Assembly (NCBI GenBank): GCA_965541615.1
Contig: CBEUCJ010000005.1
Coordinates: 46,251 to 110,250 of the forward strand
Direction: 5' to 3'
DNA from: an uncultured bacterium
GTDB taxonomy: Bacteria > Omnitrophota > Gorgyraeia > Duberdicusellales > CBEUCJ01
DNA: 64,000 nt
Every line of letters begins with the position of its first letter. Within the stretch, counting starts at the first letter, position 1. Shown piece after piece: positions 17,969 to 30,784 of this stretch. The position numbers and the translations under genes are program-made. The notes under the pieces are model-generated. The model ran no database searches. It was not told the DNA's origin and was given only the letters and a program-made list of their open reading frames with translations.

Positions 17969-18880
17969 TTAAACGTTTAAATCAAAACCTCTTTTCAAAC
18001 CTATCAGCTTTGCATAGTCAATCACTTCTTTATATTCAGATAAAGTTATTCTTCTAGATAATTCTTTAAACTCATAAGCTTTATAACAGGGTCTGTATTG
18101 AGCCATAATGTTTACATAAGTATTTAAAGAAAGTTCTTTGGCTATAAAATCTAAGATTTCAAAAGACCCTGCTAAATTGTTAGGTAAAACTAAATGTCTC
18201 ACAATCAAACCTTTTTTGGCTATACCATCTTCACAGACTAAATCTCCTACTTGGGAATGCATCTCTTTTAAAACTTCTTTTAAAATTTGCCAGTAATCTG
18301 GAGCCAAAGAATATTTTTCAGCACTCTCTTTTTTAGAATACTTTGCATCTGGCATGTAAATATCTATTACTCCTCTCAATATTTTTATCACCTCTACATT
18401 CTCATAACCTCCACAGTTATAAACTAAAGGTATTTTTAATCCTTTCTGAATTGCAATCTCTAAAGCTTCTAATATTTGAGGTGCTACATGAGTAGGAGTT
18501 ACAAAATTTATATTATGACAACCAAACTCCTGTAATCTTATCATGACCTCTGCTAATTCTTCAGGGTATAAGGTTTTGCCTTCTTCTAAACAACTTATCT
18601 CAAAATTTTGACAATAAACACATTTCAAATTACATCCAGAAAAGAATATTGTACCAGATCCTGAAACTCCTACTAACTCAGGTTCTTCTCCAAAATGGGC
18701 AAATGCTGAACTCACTTTAGCAAATCTTCCTATACCACAAAAACCTTTTTCATCTTTTAATCTATTTACTTTACATCTACGAGGACAGAGTTGGCAACTC
18801 TCTAACATCTTTAAGAGTCGTTCTTTTTTCTTTTTCAATTCTGAATTTTGATATAATTTTAAATAGGAAGGCTCAAACAA
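17969..18880 (-). CDS. Radical SAM protein, pyruvate formate-lyase activase-like (PflX / AmmeMemoRadiSam-type)
   Basis: CQLCPRRCKVNRL...GFCG precedes the canonical CNLKCVYCQN radical-SAM cluster, and GSGTIFFSGC is present. Confidence 0.55.
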   Translation of the reverse strand: MFEPSYLKLYQNSELKKKKERLLKMLESCQLCPRRCKVNRLKDEKGFCGIGRFAKVSSAFAHFGEEPELVGVSGSGTIFFSGCNLKCVYCQNFEISCLEEGKTLYPEELAEVMIRLQEFGCHNINFVTPTHVAPQILEALEIAIQKGLKIPLVYNCGGYENVEVIKILRGVIDIYMPDAKYSKKESAEKYSLAPDYWQILKEVLKEMHSQVGDLVCEDGIAKKGLIVRHLVLPNNLAGSFEILDFIAKELSLNTYVNIMAQYRPCYKAYEFKELSRRITLSEYKEVIDYAKLIGLKRGFDLNV

Positions 18881-19403
18881 GGTAAAATTTTTTTAAAGCT
18901 TCTTTCCACAAACCCTTTGACTTTAATATGAGTTCACACACTTCTCTTACTGCTCCTCTACCTCCTCTTTTTTTAGTGACATAATCTGCTATTTTTTTCA
19001 CTTCGTTACAAGCATCTTTAACAGCTACCCCTACACCTACTCTTTTGATTAACTCTAAATCTAACAGATCATCGCCTATAAAACAGATCTCAGAATCTTT
19101 CACTCTGTATTTTTTCTTAATCTCTTCATAAAATTTTGTTTTAGGATAAGCTTCTGCGTAGACTTCTTCTACTCCCATATCTTGGGCTCTCCTCATTACA
19201 ACTTGAGAGTTATCTGCTGTCAAGATTATACTTTTTATACCCATTAATTTTAAAAGATAAACTCCTAAGCCATCTTTAACATTAAAAAATTTTATTTGTC
19301 TTCCTTCTGAATCATAAACCATTCTGCCATCCGTTAACACCCCATCTACATCTAAAATAAGTAATTTTATTCTTTTAAATTTTTCTTTTAATCTCTTATC
19401 CAT
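18873..19403 (-). CDS. kdsC: 3-deoxy-D-manno-octulosonate 8-phosphate phosphatase (HAD)
   Basis: IKLLILDVDGVLTDGRMVYDSEGRQIKFFNVKDG matches the KdsC signature. Confidence 0.8.
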   Translation of the reverse strand: MDKRLKEKFKRIKLLILDVDGVLTDGRMVYDSEGRQIKFFNVKDGLGVYLLKLMGIKSIILTADNSQVVMRRAQDMGVEEVYAEAYPKTKFYEEIKKKYRVKDSEICFIGDDLLDLELIKRVGVGVAVKDACNEVKKIADYVTKKRGGRGAVREVCELILKSKGLWKEALKKFYLV

Positions 19404-19406
19404 AAT

Positions 19407-20374
19407 TTACATTAAGCCAGCTTCCAATACATCTTGAACATCTAACATCCCTACTACCCTGTTTTTCTTATCTACTACTGGTAATTCATCTATTTTGTAT
19501 TCTTTTAAAATCTTTGCTGCTTGAAAAGCTAACATATTTTCTGAAACTTTTTTAGGATTCTTTGTCATTACTTCTTTTATCTCCTTATTTAAAATTTTAC
19601 TCCCTTTTTCTAAATGTCTTCTTAAATCACCATCTGTAAAAATCCCTACTAATTTATTATCTTTGTCTACGATTGAAACTGCTCCTGCTCTACAAGAAGT
19701 TATCTTCACCAAAGCTTCTTTTACTTTTGTATCCTGAGTTACTATGGGATTTTTTTCTCCTTTTCTCATAATGTCTTTTACTTTCAAAAGGAGTTTTTTA
19801 CCTAAAGCTCCTCCTGGATGGTAAAAAGCAAAGTCCTTCACTCTAAACCCTTTTAAGTTTTGTATTACTACTGATAGAGCATCACACAAAGCTAACATTG
19901 CTGTTGTAGAACTAGTAGGAGCCAAACCCAGTTTACAAGCTTCTCTTCTAACTGAAACGTCTAAGACTGCATTAGAATTTTTTGCCAAAAAAGATTCTTT
20001 CCTACCAGTAATAGCTATTATTTTAGAGCCTATTTTTTTTAGAAAGGGAAGTAAATTTTTAATTTCTGGAGTTTCTCCACTGTAAGATAGAATTACTGTT
20101 ACATCTTCTTTTTTTACTCTTCCTAAATCTCCATGGACTGCTTCTGCTGGATGTAACCACAAAGAAGGTGTGCCTAAAGAAGATAGAGTTGCTGAAAACT
20201 TTTGACCTATTATACCTGCCTTCCCCATGCCAGTTACTACTATCCTTCCTTTACAAGAATATATTAATCTTACAGACTTTATAAACTGAGCATCTAATCT
20301 TTCTATTAGTTCTTTTATAGCTTCAGATTCAATCTCTAAGACTTCTTTGGCCCAATCTAATATTTTTTTCTTAT

Positions 20375-20393
<19 letters not shown>
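19407..20393 (-). CDS. kdsD: Arabinose-5-phosphate isomerase (SIS plus tandem CBS)
   Basis: SIS domain (GRIVVTGMGKAGIIGQK) followed by CBS pair; 328 aa. Confidence 0.8.
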
Positions 20394-23526
<3,133 letters not shown>

Positions 23527-23527
<1 letters not shown>

Positions 23528-24510
23528 TAATCAGATATTATTCTTTCTTTTAATTCTTTGGGTGTAGGTGTGCTTACTCCCAATTTACTAACAACAATAC
23601 CTGCTGCAAAATTTGCTAATAGAGCTGATTCATAACTATTTAAACCAGATAAGATTCCTAATGTAAATAAAGCTATTACAGTATCACCTGCACCTGTTAC
23701 ATCAAAGACCTCCAAAGCCTTTGTAGGAATATGAAGGGGCAGTTTTCCCTTCTCATACAAAGCCATTCCCTCTTCTCCCAAAGTAATTAATACAGATTTT
23801 ATATTAAATTCCTCAGATAAAATTCTACCTGCTTTATCTAAATCTTGCTTACTTTTAATTTTTATACCTAAACCAGATTGAGCTTCTTTCTTATTGGGAG
23901 TGATGGCATCTAAATCTTTATAAAAACTAAAGTGATCTTCTTTGGGATCTACTGTTACAACCTTTTTGTATTTTTTGGCTATCTCTTTAACTCTTATAAG
24001 TAACTCTGGAGTAATCAATCCTTTTCCATAATCTTCAATGATTATACCTTCAAATTTATTTATATTCTTTATCAAAAATTCAGTTATTCTTTTTATTATT
24101 CTTCCATCTATAGGAGCGGGATCTTCTTTATCTACTCTTACTATCTGCTGATGAGAAGCTATTACTCTGGTCTTTAAAATAGTAGGTTTTTTGTTAGTCT
24201 CAATTAGGAAAGAATCAATCCTCTTTTTCTTTAATAATTTTTTTAAAACCTCTGCATGGATATCTTTTCCAACTATTCCGCATAATAAGACTCTTGCTCC
24301 CATAACTTTAATATTGTTAGCTACGTTAGAAGCTCCTCCTAAAAGGTATTCTTCAGACTTTAACCAGACTACAGGGACAGGGGCTTCTGGACTGAGTCTT
24401 TCTGCAGAGCCAAAGATATAATGGTCTAAAATAACATCACCGATTACTAATACTTTTCTATATTTAAAATTATCTATTGCTCTTAACAGTTTTCTTTTTG
24501 AAAATTCCAT
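23527..24510 (-). CDS. hldA: D-glycero-beta-D-manno-heptose-7-phosphate kinase (HldE kinase domain only; RfaE domain I / HldA)
   Basis: VLVIGDVILDHYIFGSAERLSPEAPVPVV matches the HldE N-terminal kinase domain and the pfkB-type GAGD motif. No adenylyltransferase domain is attached. Confidence 0.75.
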
Positions 24511-24574
24511 AAAAAGCTAAGTAAGGAAGATTTTAAAAGCTTTTAAAAAATTGTTCTCAAATAAAATTAAATAA

Positions 24575-24602
24575 ATTATACTACTACTCTTAAACATTGC
24601 AA
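24575..24602 (-). promoter_or_regulatory. Candidate internal sigma70-type promoter (TTGCAA-N16-TATAAT) upstream of the heptose kinase gene
   Basis: The minus strand reads TTGCAATGTTTAAGAGTAGTAGTATAAT inside the only sizeable (108 nt) intergenic gap of the LPS cluster. Confidence 0.3.
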
Positions 24603-24618
24603 AAATATTTCTTTTTTA

Positions 24619-25692
24619 TTATTTTGTAGGAAGAATCTCCAATAAAGCTTTAAAGACCTCATCTACAGTTATAGATTCTAAACACAAAAACCCTTTTTTA
24701 CAATTGTGTGCTAAGCACTCTTTACACCCCACATCTTTATGTAAAATTTTATGCCCTTCTCCAAAAGGAGCCCATCTTTTAGGTCCTAAGCCTGGCTGGT
24801 TTCTACCAAAAATAACTACACATTTTTTACCTAAAGCATTAGCTATATGAACAGGTCCTGAATCACAAGAAACAAACACAGTTATTCTTTTTAATAGAGA
24901 GATCAAATCTGCCAAACTCAACATTCCACACAAGTTTATGATCTTATACTTGATATTCTTCTCTATAAATTCACAAATATCTATTCTATCTTTACTGCCT
25001 ATTAATATTACTTTGGCTTTTAAATTCTCAATTAAAAGTTCTATTAATTCTTTAAACTTTTGAGGTCTCCATATCTTAGAAGGACAAGATGCTGTAGGAT
25101 TAATGCATATAATTAAATCCTTTTCTTTTATTCCTAATTCTTTAAAAAGATTCTCTATTCTCTCTTCAGATTCTCTTTTAATTGGCAAATAAAATTCTAT
25201 TTCCTCTTTTTTTTTGTACTCTATTCCTAAAACTTTTAAAAAATCTAAATTGTATTCTAACTCATGTTTTAAACCTAAATGTTTTAAATGAGGGATCTTT
25301 ATATTATTTAAAAAACCCATCTTAATATCATAACCTATCCTTACAGGAATCTTAGCAAAAAAACACAATAAATGGCATCTGTTAGTAGGATGTAAGATTA
25401 GAGCTAAATCAAACTTTCTTTTTTTTAATTCTCTTAAAAATCTCAAAGATCCTCTAAAACTTTTATGTTCTCCATACTTATCATAAATTAAGACTTCATT
25501 TAAATAGGGATTACCTATCAGTAAATCTTTCGTATAAGGTCTTACCATAAAAGCTATATAACTTTGAGGAAAATTTTTTCTTAGAATTTTAATTAAAGGG
25601 ACTGAGAGCACTACATCTCCTATTCTATCTGTGCGAGTAATCAATATCCTTAAATCTTTTTTTAATCTAAGATTTCTAAGAATTTTTCCCAT
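24619..25692 (-). CDS. Glycosyltransferase family 9 (LPS heptosyltransferase-like)
   Basis: ILITRTDRIGDVVLSVPLIKIL N-terminus and C-terminal ...DSGPVHIANALG GT9 motif. Start is probably at the internal MGKIL; the ORF track starts at 25722. Confidence 0.7.
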   Translation of the reverse strand: MGKILRNLRLKKDLRILITRTDRIGDVVLSVPLIKILRKNFPQSYIAFMVRPYTKDLLIGNPYLNEVLIYDKYGEHKSFRGSLRFLRELKKRKFDLALILHPTNRCHLLCFFAKIPVRIGYDIKMGFLNNIKIPHLKHLGLKHELEYNLDFLKVLGIEYKKKEEIEFYLPIKRESEERIENLFKELGIKEKDLIICINPTASCPSKIWRPQKFKELIELLIENLKAKVILIGSKDRIDICEFIEKNIKYKIINLCGMLSLADLISLLKRITVFVSCDSGPVHIANALGKKCVVIFGRNQPGLGPKRWAPFGEGHKILHKDVGCKECLAHNCKKGFLCLESITVDEVFKALLEILPTK

Positions 25693-26612
25693 ACTTTTTG
25701 AGGCTCCAGAAGTCTCATACATTCATGACAAAACTTACATACAGCTTTTTGACAAGGTCTGCATTTTAAATTTTCTTTAAAAACGGCTCTACTTTTCTCA
25801 GACCATGGACCATACTTTTTTTCTGAAGTCGGTCCAAAAATCCCTAAAGTGGGAATATTTAAATAACTAGATAAATGCATTATAAAACTATCACAACTGA
25901 TAACTGCTTTTGCATATTTTTCAAAAAGATAGATTAAATCTTGGGGTTTAGTCTTTGCACACAGATCTATAAAAGAAAGATTAAATCTTTCTTTTATAAA
26001 TTCTGAAAACTCTCTATCAAAACTATCTCCTACACTAACAGATATGAATCCTTTTTCTTTTATTTTTTTTATTAAAAAACTAAACCCTTCTGGAGTATAT
26101 CTTTTTAAATGAGATCTTGCTCCTATCCCTAAAAATATGACCTTCTCTTTAGGATTACTAATATTCAACAAACTATCTAGATATTCTTTTCTTTCTGGTG
26201 GTATCCCAAATTTTAAAACCCTTCTTTTTTCTTCAAAATCTCCTATAGTTTTTTTTAGAACCAATAAGTGCCTCTCTTTTCTATGGATGTTTTTTGGTAA
26301 ATTTAAAAACAAAGGAGTAGATACTTTCTTTTTTAAAAATAAAGGTAAACCTGAATTCTTAAAGTCAATTATAAAATCGAAATAAAATTTTCTTAGATAC
26401 TTTATAAGATCCAATTTCTCTCTTAAATTAGCTCTCTTATTAAATACTATTAATTCTGTAATGTTTTTACAGGATTTTAAAAATTCAAAAGTCTTATTGC
26501 TACATATAACTTTGAGATCTAAATCTTTGTATTTGGCAACAAAAGAATCTATTGCAGGAAGACTCAAGACTAAATCTCCTAAATTAGAAAGAGTAATAAT
26601 GAGTGCGTTCAT
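25662..26612 (-). CDS. Glycosyltransferase family 9 (LPS heptosyltransferase-like)
   Basis: ITLSNLGDLVLSLPAI N-terminus and C-terminal CDSFIMHLSSYLNIPTLGIFGPT. Confidence 0.7.
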   Translation of the reverse strand: MNALIITLSNLGDLVLSLPAIDSFVAKYKDLDLKVICSNKTFEFLKSCKNITELIVFNKRANLREKLDLIKYLRKFYFDFIIDFKNSGLPLFLKKKVSTPLFLNLPKNIHRKERHLLVLKKTIGDFEEKRRVLKFGIPPERKEYLDSLLNISNPKEKVIFLGIGARSHLKRYTPEGFSFLIKKIKEKGFISVSVGDSFDREFSEFIKERFNLSFIDLCAKTKPQDLIYLFEKYAKAVISCDSFIMHLSSYLNIPTLGIFGPTSEKKYGPWSEKSRAVFKENLKCRPCQKAVCKFCHECMRLLEPQKVWEKFLEILD

Positions 26613-27628
26613 TTTGATTCTAAGAGATACAATACTTTCTCAAAGACCTCAAAAGGTTTTATACTCCTCATACAGATATAATTTTTTTTGCAAACTTTCT
26701 CATAACAAGGAACTCTGCATCCTACATCTTTGAATATAATTACTCCTTTTGCTTTAGCTCTTACACCTGTAATTTGAGGAGATGTAGGTCCATATAGACC
26801 TATGTATTTTGTACCTTGAGTTGCACCTAAATGTAAAGGTCCAGAATCACCAGAAATTATTAAATCAAATTTTTGATAGAGAGCTGCTAACTCTAACAAA
26901 GATGTTTTTCCTACTAAATTTATTAAAGGGAATTTAGAGAGATTTATTAAATTCTTAGCTAAGTCCAAATCAGACTTTGCTCCTGTAATGAAAATCTTTA
27001 TTTTTTTAAAATGGGTATATAAAAGCCTGATTAATTCTGCAAAATACTCTAAAGGCCATCTTTTAGGTTCCCAGTTTGCTCCCAGATGCAAACCTATTAA
27101 AATCTCATCTTTTTCTACATTGCTTTCTTTTAAAATTCTAGAGGCTTTTTCTTTTTCTTTATCAGAAACGAATACCTCACATTCTCTTTTGGTAACTTTT
27201 AAGCCCAACTTTTCTAAAATGTAAAGATAGTAATCTTGTTTGTGAAGAGTATTTGAAGGTGGGGGTATTTTTTTAGTTAGAATAAAAGCTCTTTTTTTAG
27301 TAATAAAGCCTACTCTCTCTTTTATACCTGCCAAATAACAGATTAGAGCTCTTGTAAAAGACCTATGCAAAAGAATAGCTAAATCATACTTCTTTTTTCT
27401 AAGTTCTTTTATAAATCTTATTTTCTTTAAAAGACTTTTGTGTTCAGCTCTTTCATTAAATTCTAAAACCTCATCTACAAATGGAGAATGTTTTAAAAGC
27501 TCTGAACACCTTTTAGGCAAAATACACCCTACATAACAGTTTTTAAAATTTTCTTTTAATGTTCTAAATACTGGTGTTGAAAAGATAACATCTCCTATCC
27601 AATTTACATTAAAGACTACGATCTTCAT
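26609..27628 (-). CDS. Glycosyltransferase family 9 (LPS heptosyltransferase-like)
   Basis: NVNWIGDVIFSTPVFRTL N-terminus and GDSGPLHLGATQGTKYIGLYGPT. Confidence 0.7.
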   Translation of the reverse strand: MKIVVFNVNWIGDVIFSTPVFRTLKENFKNCYVGCILPKRCSELLKHSPFVDEVLEFNERAEHKSLLKKIRFIKELRKKKYDLAILLHRSFTRALICYLAGIKERVGFITKKRAFILTKKIPPPSNTLHKQDYYLYILEKLGLKVTKRECEVFVSDKEKEKASRILKESNVEKDEILIGLHLGANWEPKRWPLEYFAELIRLLYTHFKKIKIFITGAKSDLDLAKNLINLSKFPLINLVGKTSLLELAALYQKFDLIISGDSGPLHLGATQGTKYIGLYGPTSPQITGVRAKAKGVIIFKDVGCRVPCYEKVCKKNYICMRSIKPFEVFEKVLYLLESK

Positions 27629-27633
27629 AAAAA

Positions 27634-28719
27634 TTAATCTTTTAGAACTTCTCTATAGACTTTTATAAATTCAGAAATCTTTTTTGAAAAATCAAAATTT
27701 TCTCTTACGAACTTTTGAGCCTCTATAGACATACTTTCTTTTAAATCTTTGTTACTTAAAATGAAATCTATAGCTTCAAAAATCTTTTCTGCACAGGCAG
27801 GTTCTACAACCTGGCCTGTAATTTTATCTTTTACCAAGTATTTTAAACCTCCTACTTTAGAGACTACACAAGGCACTCCTAAACTCTGAGCTTCTAACAC
27901 AGCTAATCCAAAAGGTTCTTCTATTGAAGGATAACAGAATACATCTAAACTTTTTAAAAATCTTTTTACATCTAATCCTTTTAAAATCTCAAAATTTTTT
28001 TGTATATTTAATTGAGAAGCTAAATTTAAAAGTCTTGATTCATCTTTGCCTTCTCCTAATAGATAGAGTTTAGCTGAAGGGTATTTATCTAAAAGCAACT
28101 TAAATCCTTTTAAAAGATACTCATATCCTTTAACTCTTGAAAGCCTTCCACAACTACCGATTTTTGGGTCTCCTTCTAATTCTAAAGGCTGAACATTATG
28201 AGGAGAAAATTCTTCTAAATCTATACCATTAACTATAACTTTTATTCTTTCTTTTCTAACTTTAAAAAATCTTATTAATTCATCTTTTGTCTGGGGAGTA
28301 ATAGCAATGGCTATTCTGCCTGCACATTTAAAAATCTTTCTAAAAATTTTTCTCTTATTTTTTTCATAAAATCCATGAAAAGTAGTAACGTGAGGAGTGT
28401 TAAAAAAAATCATAAAGTTTTGTGCTATAAATTGAGTTAACCTTGTATGAGAATGAATCAGATCAAAATTAAATTCTTTTTTCTTAATTTTGAGAAGTTT
28501 AAATAAACATAAAAGAGATTTAAAAGAGAGTTCATTTTTAGTAGTTAAAGGTAACTTAAATATCTTTGCTCCTAATTTTTCAAACTTTTTTTCTTCTGAA
28601 CCTCCTCTGGAAGCTACCCCTACCTCTATTCCTTCTTTTAAAAGATATTTACTTAAAGTATAAATGTATCTGGTTATCCCTCCTATGTTAAGATGATTTG
28701 TTAGTTGGAGTATCTTCAT
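27634..28719 (-). CDS. Glycosyltransferase family 4 (WaaG-like core glucosyl/galactosyltransferase)
   Basis: EEPFGLAVLEAQSLGVPCVVSKVGG is the GT-B/GT4 signature. Confidence 0.7.
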   Translation of the reverse strand: MKILQLTNHLNIGGITRYIYTLSKYLLKEGIEVGVASRGGSEEKKFEKLGAKIFKLPLTTKNELSFKSLLCLFKLLKIKKKEFNFDLIHSHTRLTQFIAQNFMIFFNTPHVTTFHGFYEKNKRKIFRKIFKCAGRIAIAITPQTKDELIRFFKVRKERIKVIVNGIDLEEFSPHNVQPLELEGDPKIGSCGRLSRVKGYEYLLKGFKLLLDKYPSAKLYLLGEGKDESRLLNLASQLNIQKNFEILKGLDVKRFLKSLDVFCYPSIEEPFGLAVLEAQSLGVPCVVSKVGGLKYLVKDKITGQVVEPACAEKIFEAIDFILSNKDLKESMSIEAQKFVRENFDFSKKISEFIKVYREVLKD

Positions 28720-30784
28720 CTTTTAAGATTTCTAAGACTGCTTTTAGAAGTCTTTTGGGGTCTATTTCTGTGCATTTTAAAGTCTTACATTTCTTCTTAT
28801 AGCATCCTAAACACTTAAGATTTCTTTTGATAACATAACAATTTTTAGAAGGAGGTAAGTGCTTTTCAGGTAAAGTTGGACCAAATATAGCAATTACTTT
28901 CTTATTCAAACTGAGTGCTATATGTAAAGGAGCTGAATCCAAAGTTACATAAAGAGGCAAAAGTTTTATTATTCCTATCAATTCTCTTAAATCGGTCTTT
29001 CCACATAAATTTATAACTTTTTTACCCAAAGAAGCTTCCAAAAAATTAGCTAAATCTAAGTGATCAGATGTACCTGTTAAAACACTTAAGAAACCTTCTT
29101 TAGAAAGTAAATTTATAAACTCTAAGAGTGTTTTTCTGTTCCATCTTTTCGTCTGCCATTTGCTTGAACCACCTAAATTTATTCCTATCAGCTTTTCAAA
29201 AGAAATCTGAGTATATCTTCTTAAAAAGTGTTCAGCTTTTTTTATGTCTTGTTCTGAGACTTTTAATTCTAAACTTTCATCTTCTAATTCTATTCCTATT
29301 TTTTCTAAAAGATACTTTTGATGCTTTATAGGAGAAAGGAGTTTTAAAGGTGGTTTTATTCTGAAATTTAATAAAAATCCCAATTTTCTATCATATCCAT
29401 ATCTTTTCTTTACTCCTCCTAAAAAAGCTAAAATATGAGTTTTTTTTGAATTCTGTAAATCTATACTCATATCAAAACTTATTAATCTTATTTTTTCAGT
29501 AATCTCCCATATATATTTGGGAGAGTTCAATTTTTCTTCATCTACTATTAAAAAATCATCTATGTAAGGAGAATCTTTCAAAATTAAAAAACCTTTCTTT
29601 CCAGTTAATAAAAAAATCTTAGCAGATTTAAATTTCTTTCTAATAGCTCTTAATGAAGGTACACTCAAAATTATATCTCCTAAAGCAGATATCTTTATAA
29701 TTAAAATCCTCTGAACAGATTTAGCTTGTTGGTATACTTCTAAAGTTTTTTTTGCCATATTCTCTATAGTGAACTTACTTTCTACAAACCTTCTTGCATT
29801 TAAAGCTATCTCTTGACATTTTTGAGGATTTCTTATTAAGTAAATTATTTTCTGAGCTAAGGTATCAGTATCTTTTGGAGGGACTAATAAACCTGTGACT
29901 CCATCTTCTATTAAGTCTTTTATTCCTCCTACACTAAAAGCAATAACAGGGACACCTGAACTTTGAGCTTCGATTACTACTCTTCCAAAAGCTTCTTCAC
30001 ATATACTAGGGACTACTACTAGATGAGTATCTTTTAAAATTTGCCAGATATCTGTTCTTTTTCCTAAAAATTTAACATAATTACTCAAAGAGAGTCTTCT
30101 GGTCAGCATCTTTAACTCTTCTTCATAATTTTTTTTACCTGCTCCTACAATTTGAGCTTCTATGAAAGGAAAGCTCCTTACTACTTTTGTTAAAGATTTT
30201 AAAAAATATTTATGTCCTTTTAGGGGAGTAAGTCTTCCTATGACTGAAATTATAAATTTATCTTTCCTCTTCTCTTTAAAAGGATAAAACTTAAATTTAT
30301 CTAAATCTACACTCCTCTCAATGACTCTTATTTTAAAAGGAGGTGTACCAAAATCTTCTATCATATGGGAAGCTATTATTTGAGAAGGACATATAACAAA
30401 CTTTGCCCATCCCATTATCCTGCTGAAAATATTTGTTGAATAGTATCCATGGCATGTACTTACTAAAGGAACCTGTGTTTTTTGAGCTACAAGATACCCT
30501 ATCAAACCTGGGATTCTACTTCTGACATGGATTATTTCTATATTTTCTTTCAAAACTATAGAAATTATTTTTTTATAACAGTAAAGTATAGTGAACAGAT
30601 TTTTTTTATGGACAGGCAAAGTATAGTGAATAGCATTATGAGATTTTAATTCCTTAACCAAACTACCTCCTCCAGAGATTACTACAGATTTATTACCACT
30701 TAATACCAGAAACTTAGAAAAATCTATTACTCCTCTTTCTACTCCTCCTAATTCTAACTTAGGTACAATTTGCAGAACATTCAT
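28688..30784 (-). CDS. Bifunctional fusion: N-terminal GT4 glycosyltransferase + C-terminal GT9 heptosyltransferase-like domain
   Basis: Residues ~1-350 contain EEAFGRVVIEAQSSGVPVIAFSVGG (GT4). Residues ~355-698 contain ILIIKISALGDIILSVPSLRAI ... LDSAPLHIALSLNKKVIAIFGPT (GT9). Confidence 0.65.
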   Translation of the reverse strand: MNVLQIVPKLELGGVERGVIDFSKFLVLSGNKSVVISGGGSLVKELKSHNAIHYTLPVHKKNLFTILYCYKKIISIVLKENIEIIHVRSRIPGLIGYLVAQKTQVPLVSTCHGYYSTNIFSRIMGWAKFVICPSQIIASHMIEDFGTPPFKIRVIERSVDLDKFKFYPFKEKRKDKFIISVIGRLTPLKGHKYFLKSLTKVVRSFPFIEAQIVGAGKKNYEEELKMLTRRLSLSNYVKFLGKRTDIWQILKDTHLVVVPSICEEAFGRVVIEAQSSGVPVIAFSVGGIKDLIEDGVTGLLVPPKDTDTLAQKIIYLIRNPQKCQEIALNARRFVESKFTIENMAKKTLEVYQQAKSVQRILIIKISALGDIILSVPSLRAIRKKFKSAKIFLLTGKKGFLILKDSPYIDDFLIVDEEKLNSPKYIWEITEKIRLISFDMSIDLQNSKKTHILAFLGGVKKRYGYDRKLGFLLNFRIKPPLKLLSPIKHQKYLLEKIGIELEDESLELKVSEQDIKKAEHFLRRYTQISFEKLIGINLGGSSKWQTKRWNRKTLLEFINLLSKEGFLSVLTGTSDHLDLANFLEASLGKKVINLCGKTDLRELIGIIKLLPLYVTLDSAPLHIALSLNKKVIAIFGPTLPEKHLPPSKNCYVIKRNLKCLGCYKKKCKTLKCTEIDPKRLLKAVLEILKDEDTPTNKSS

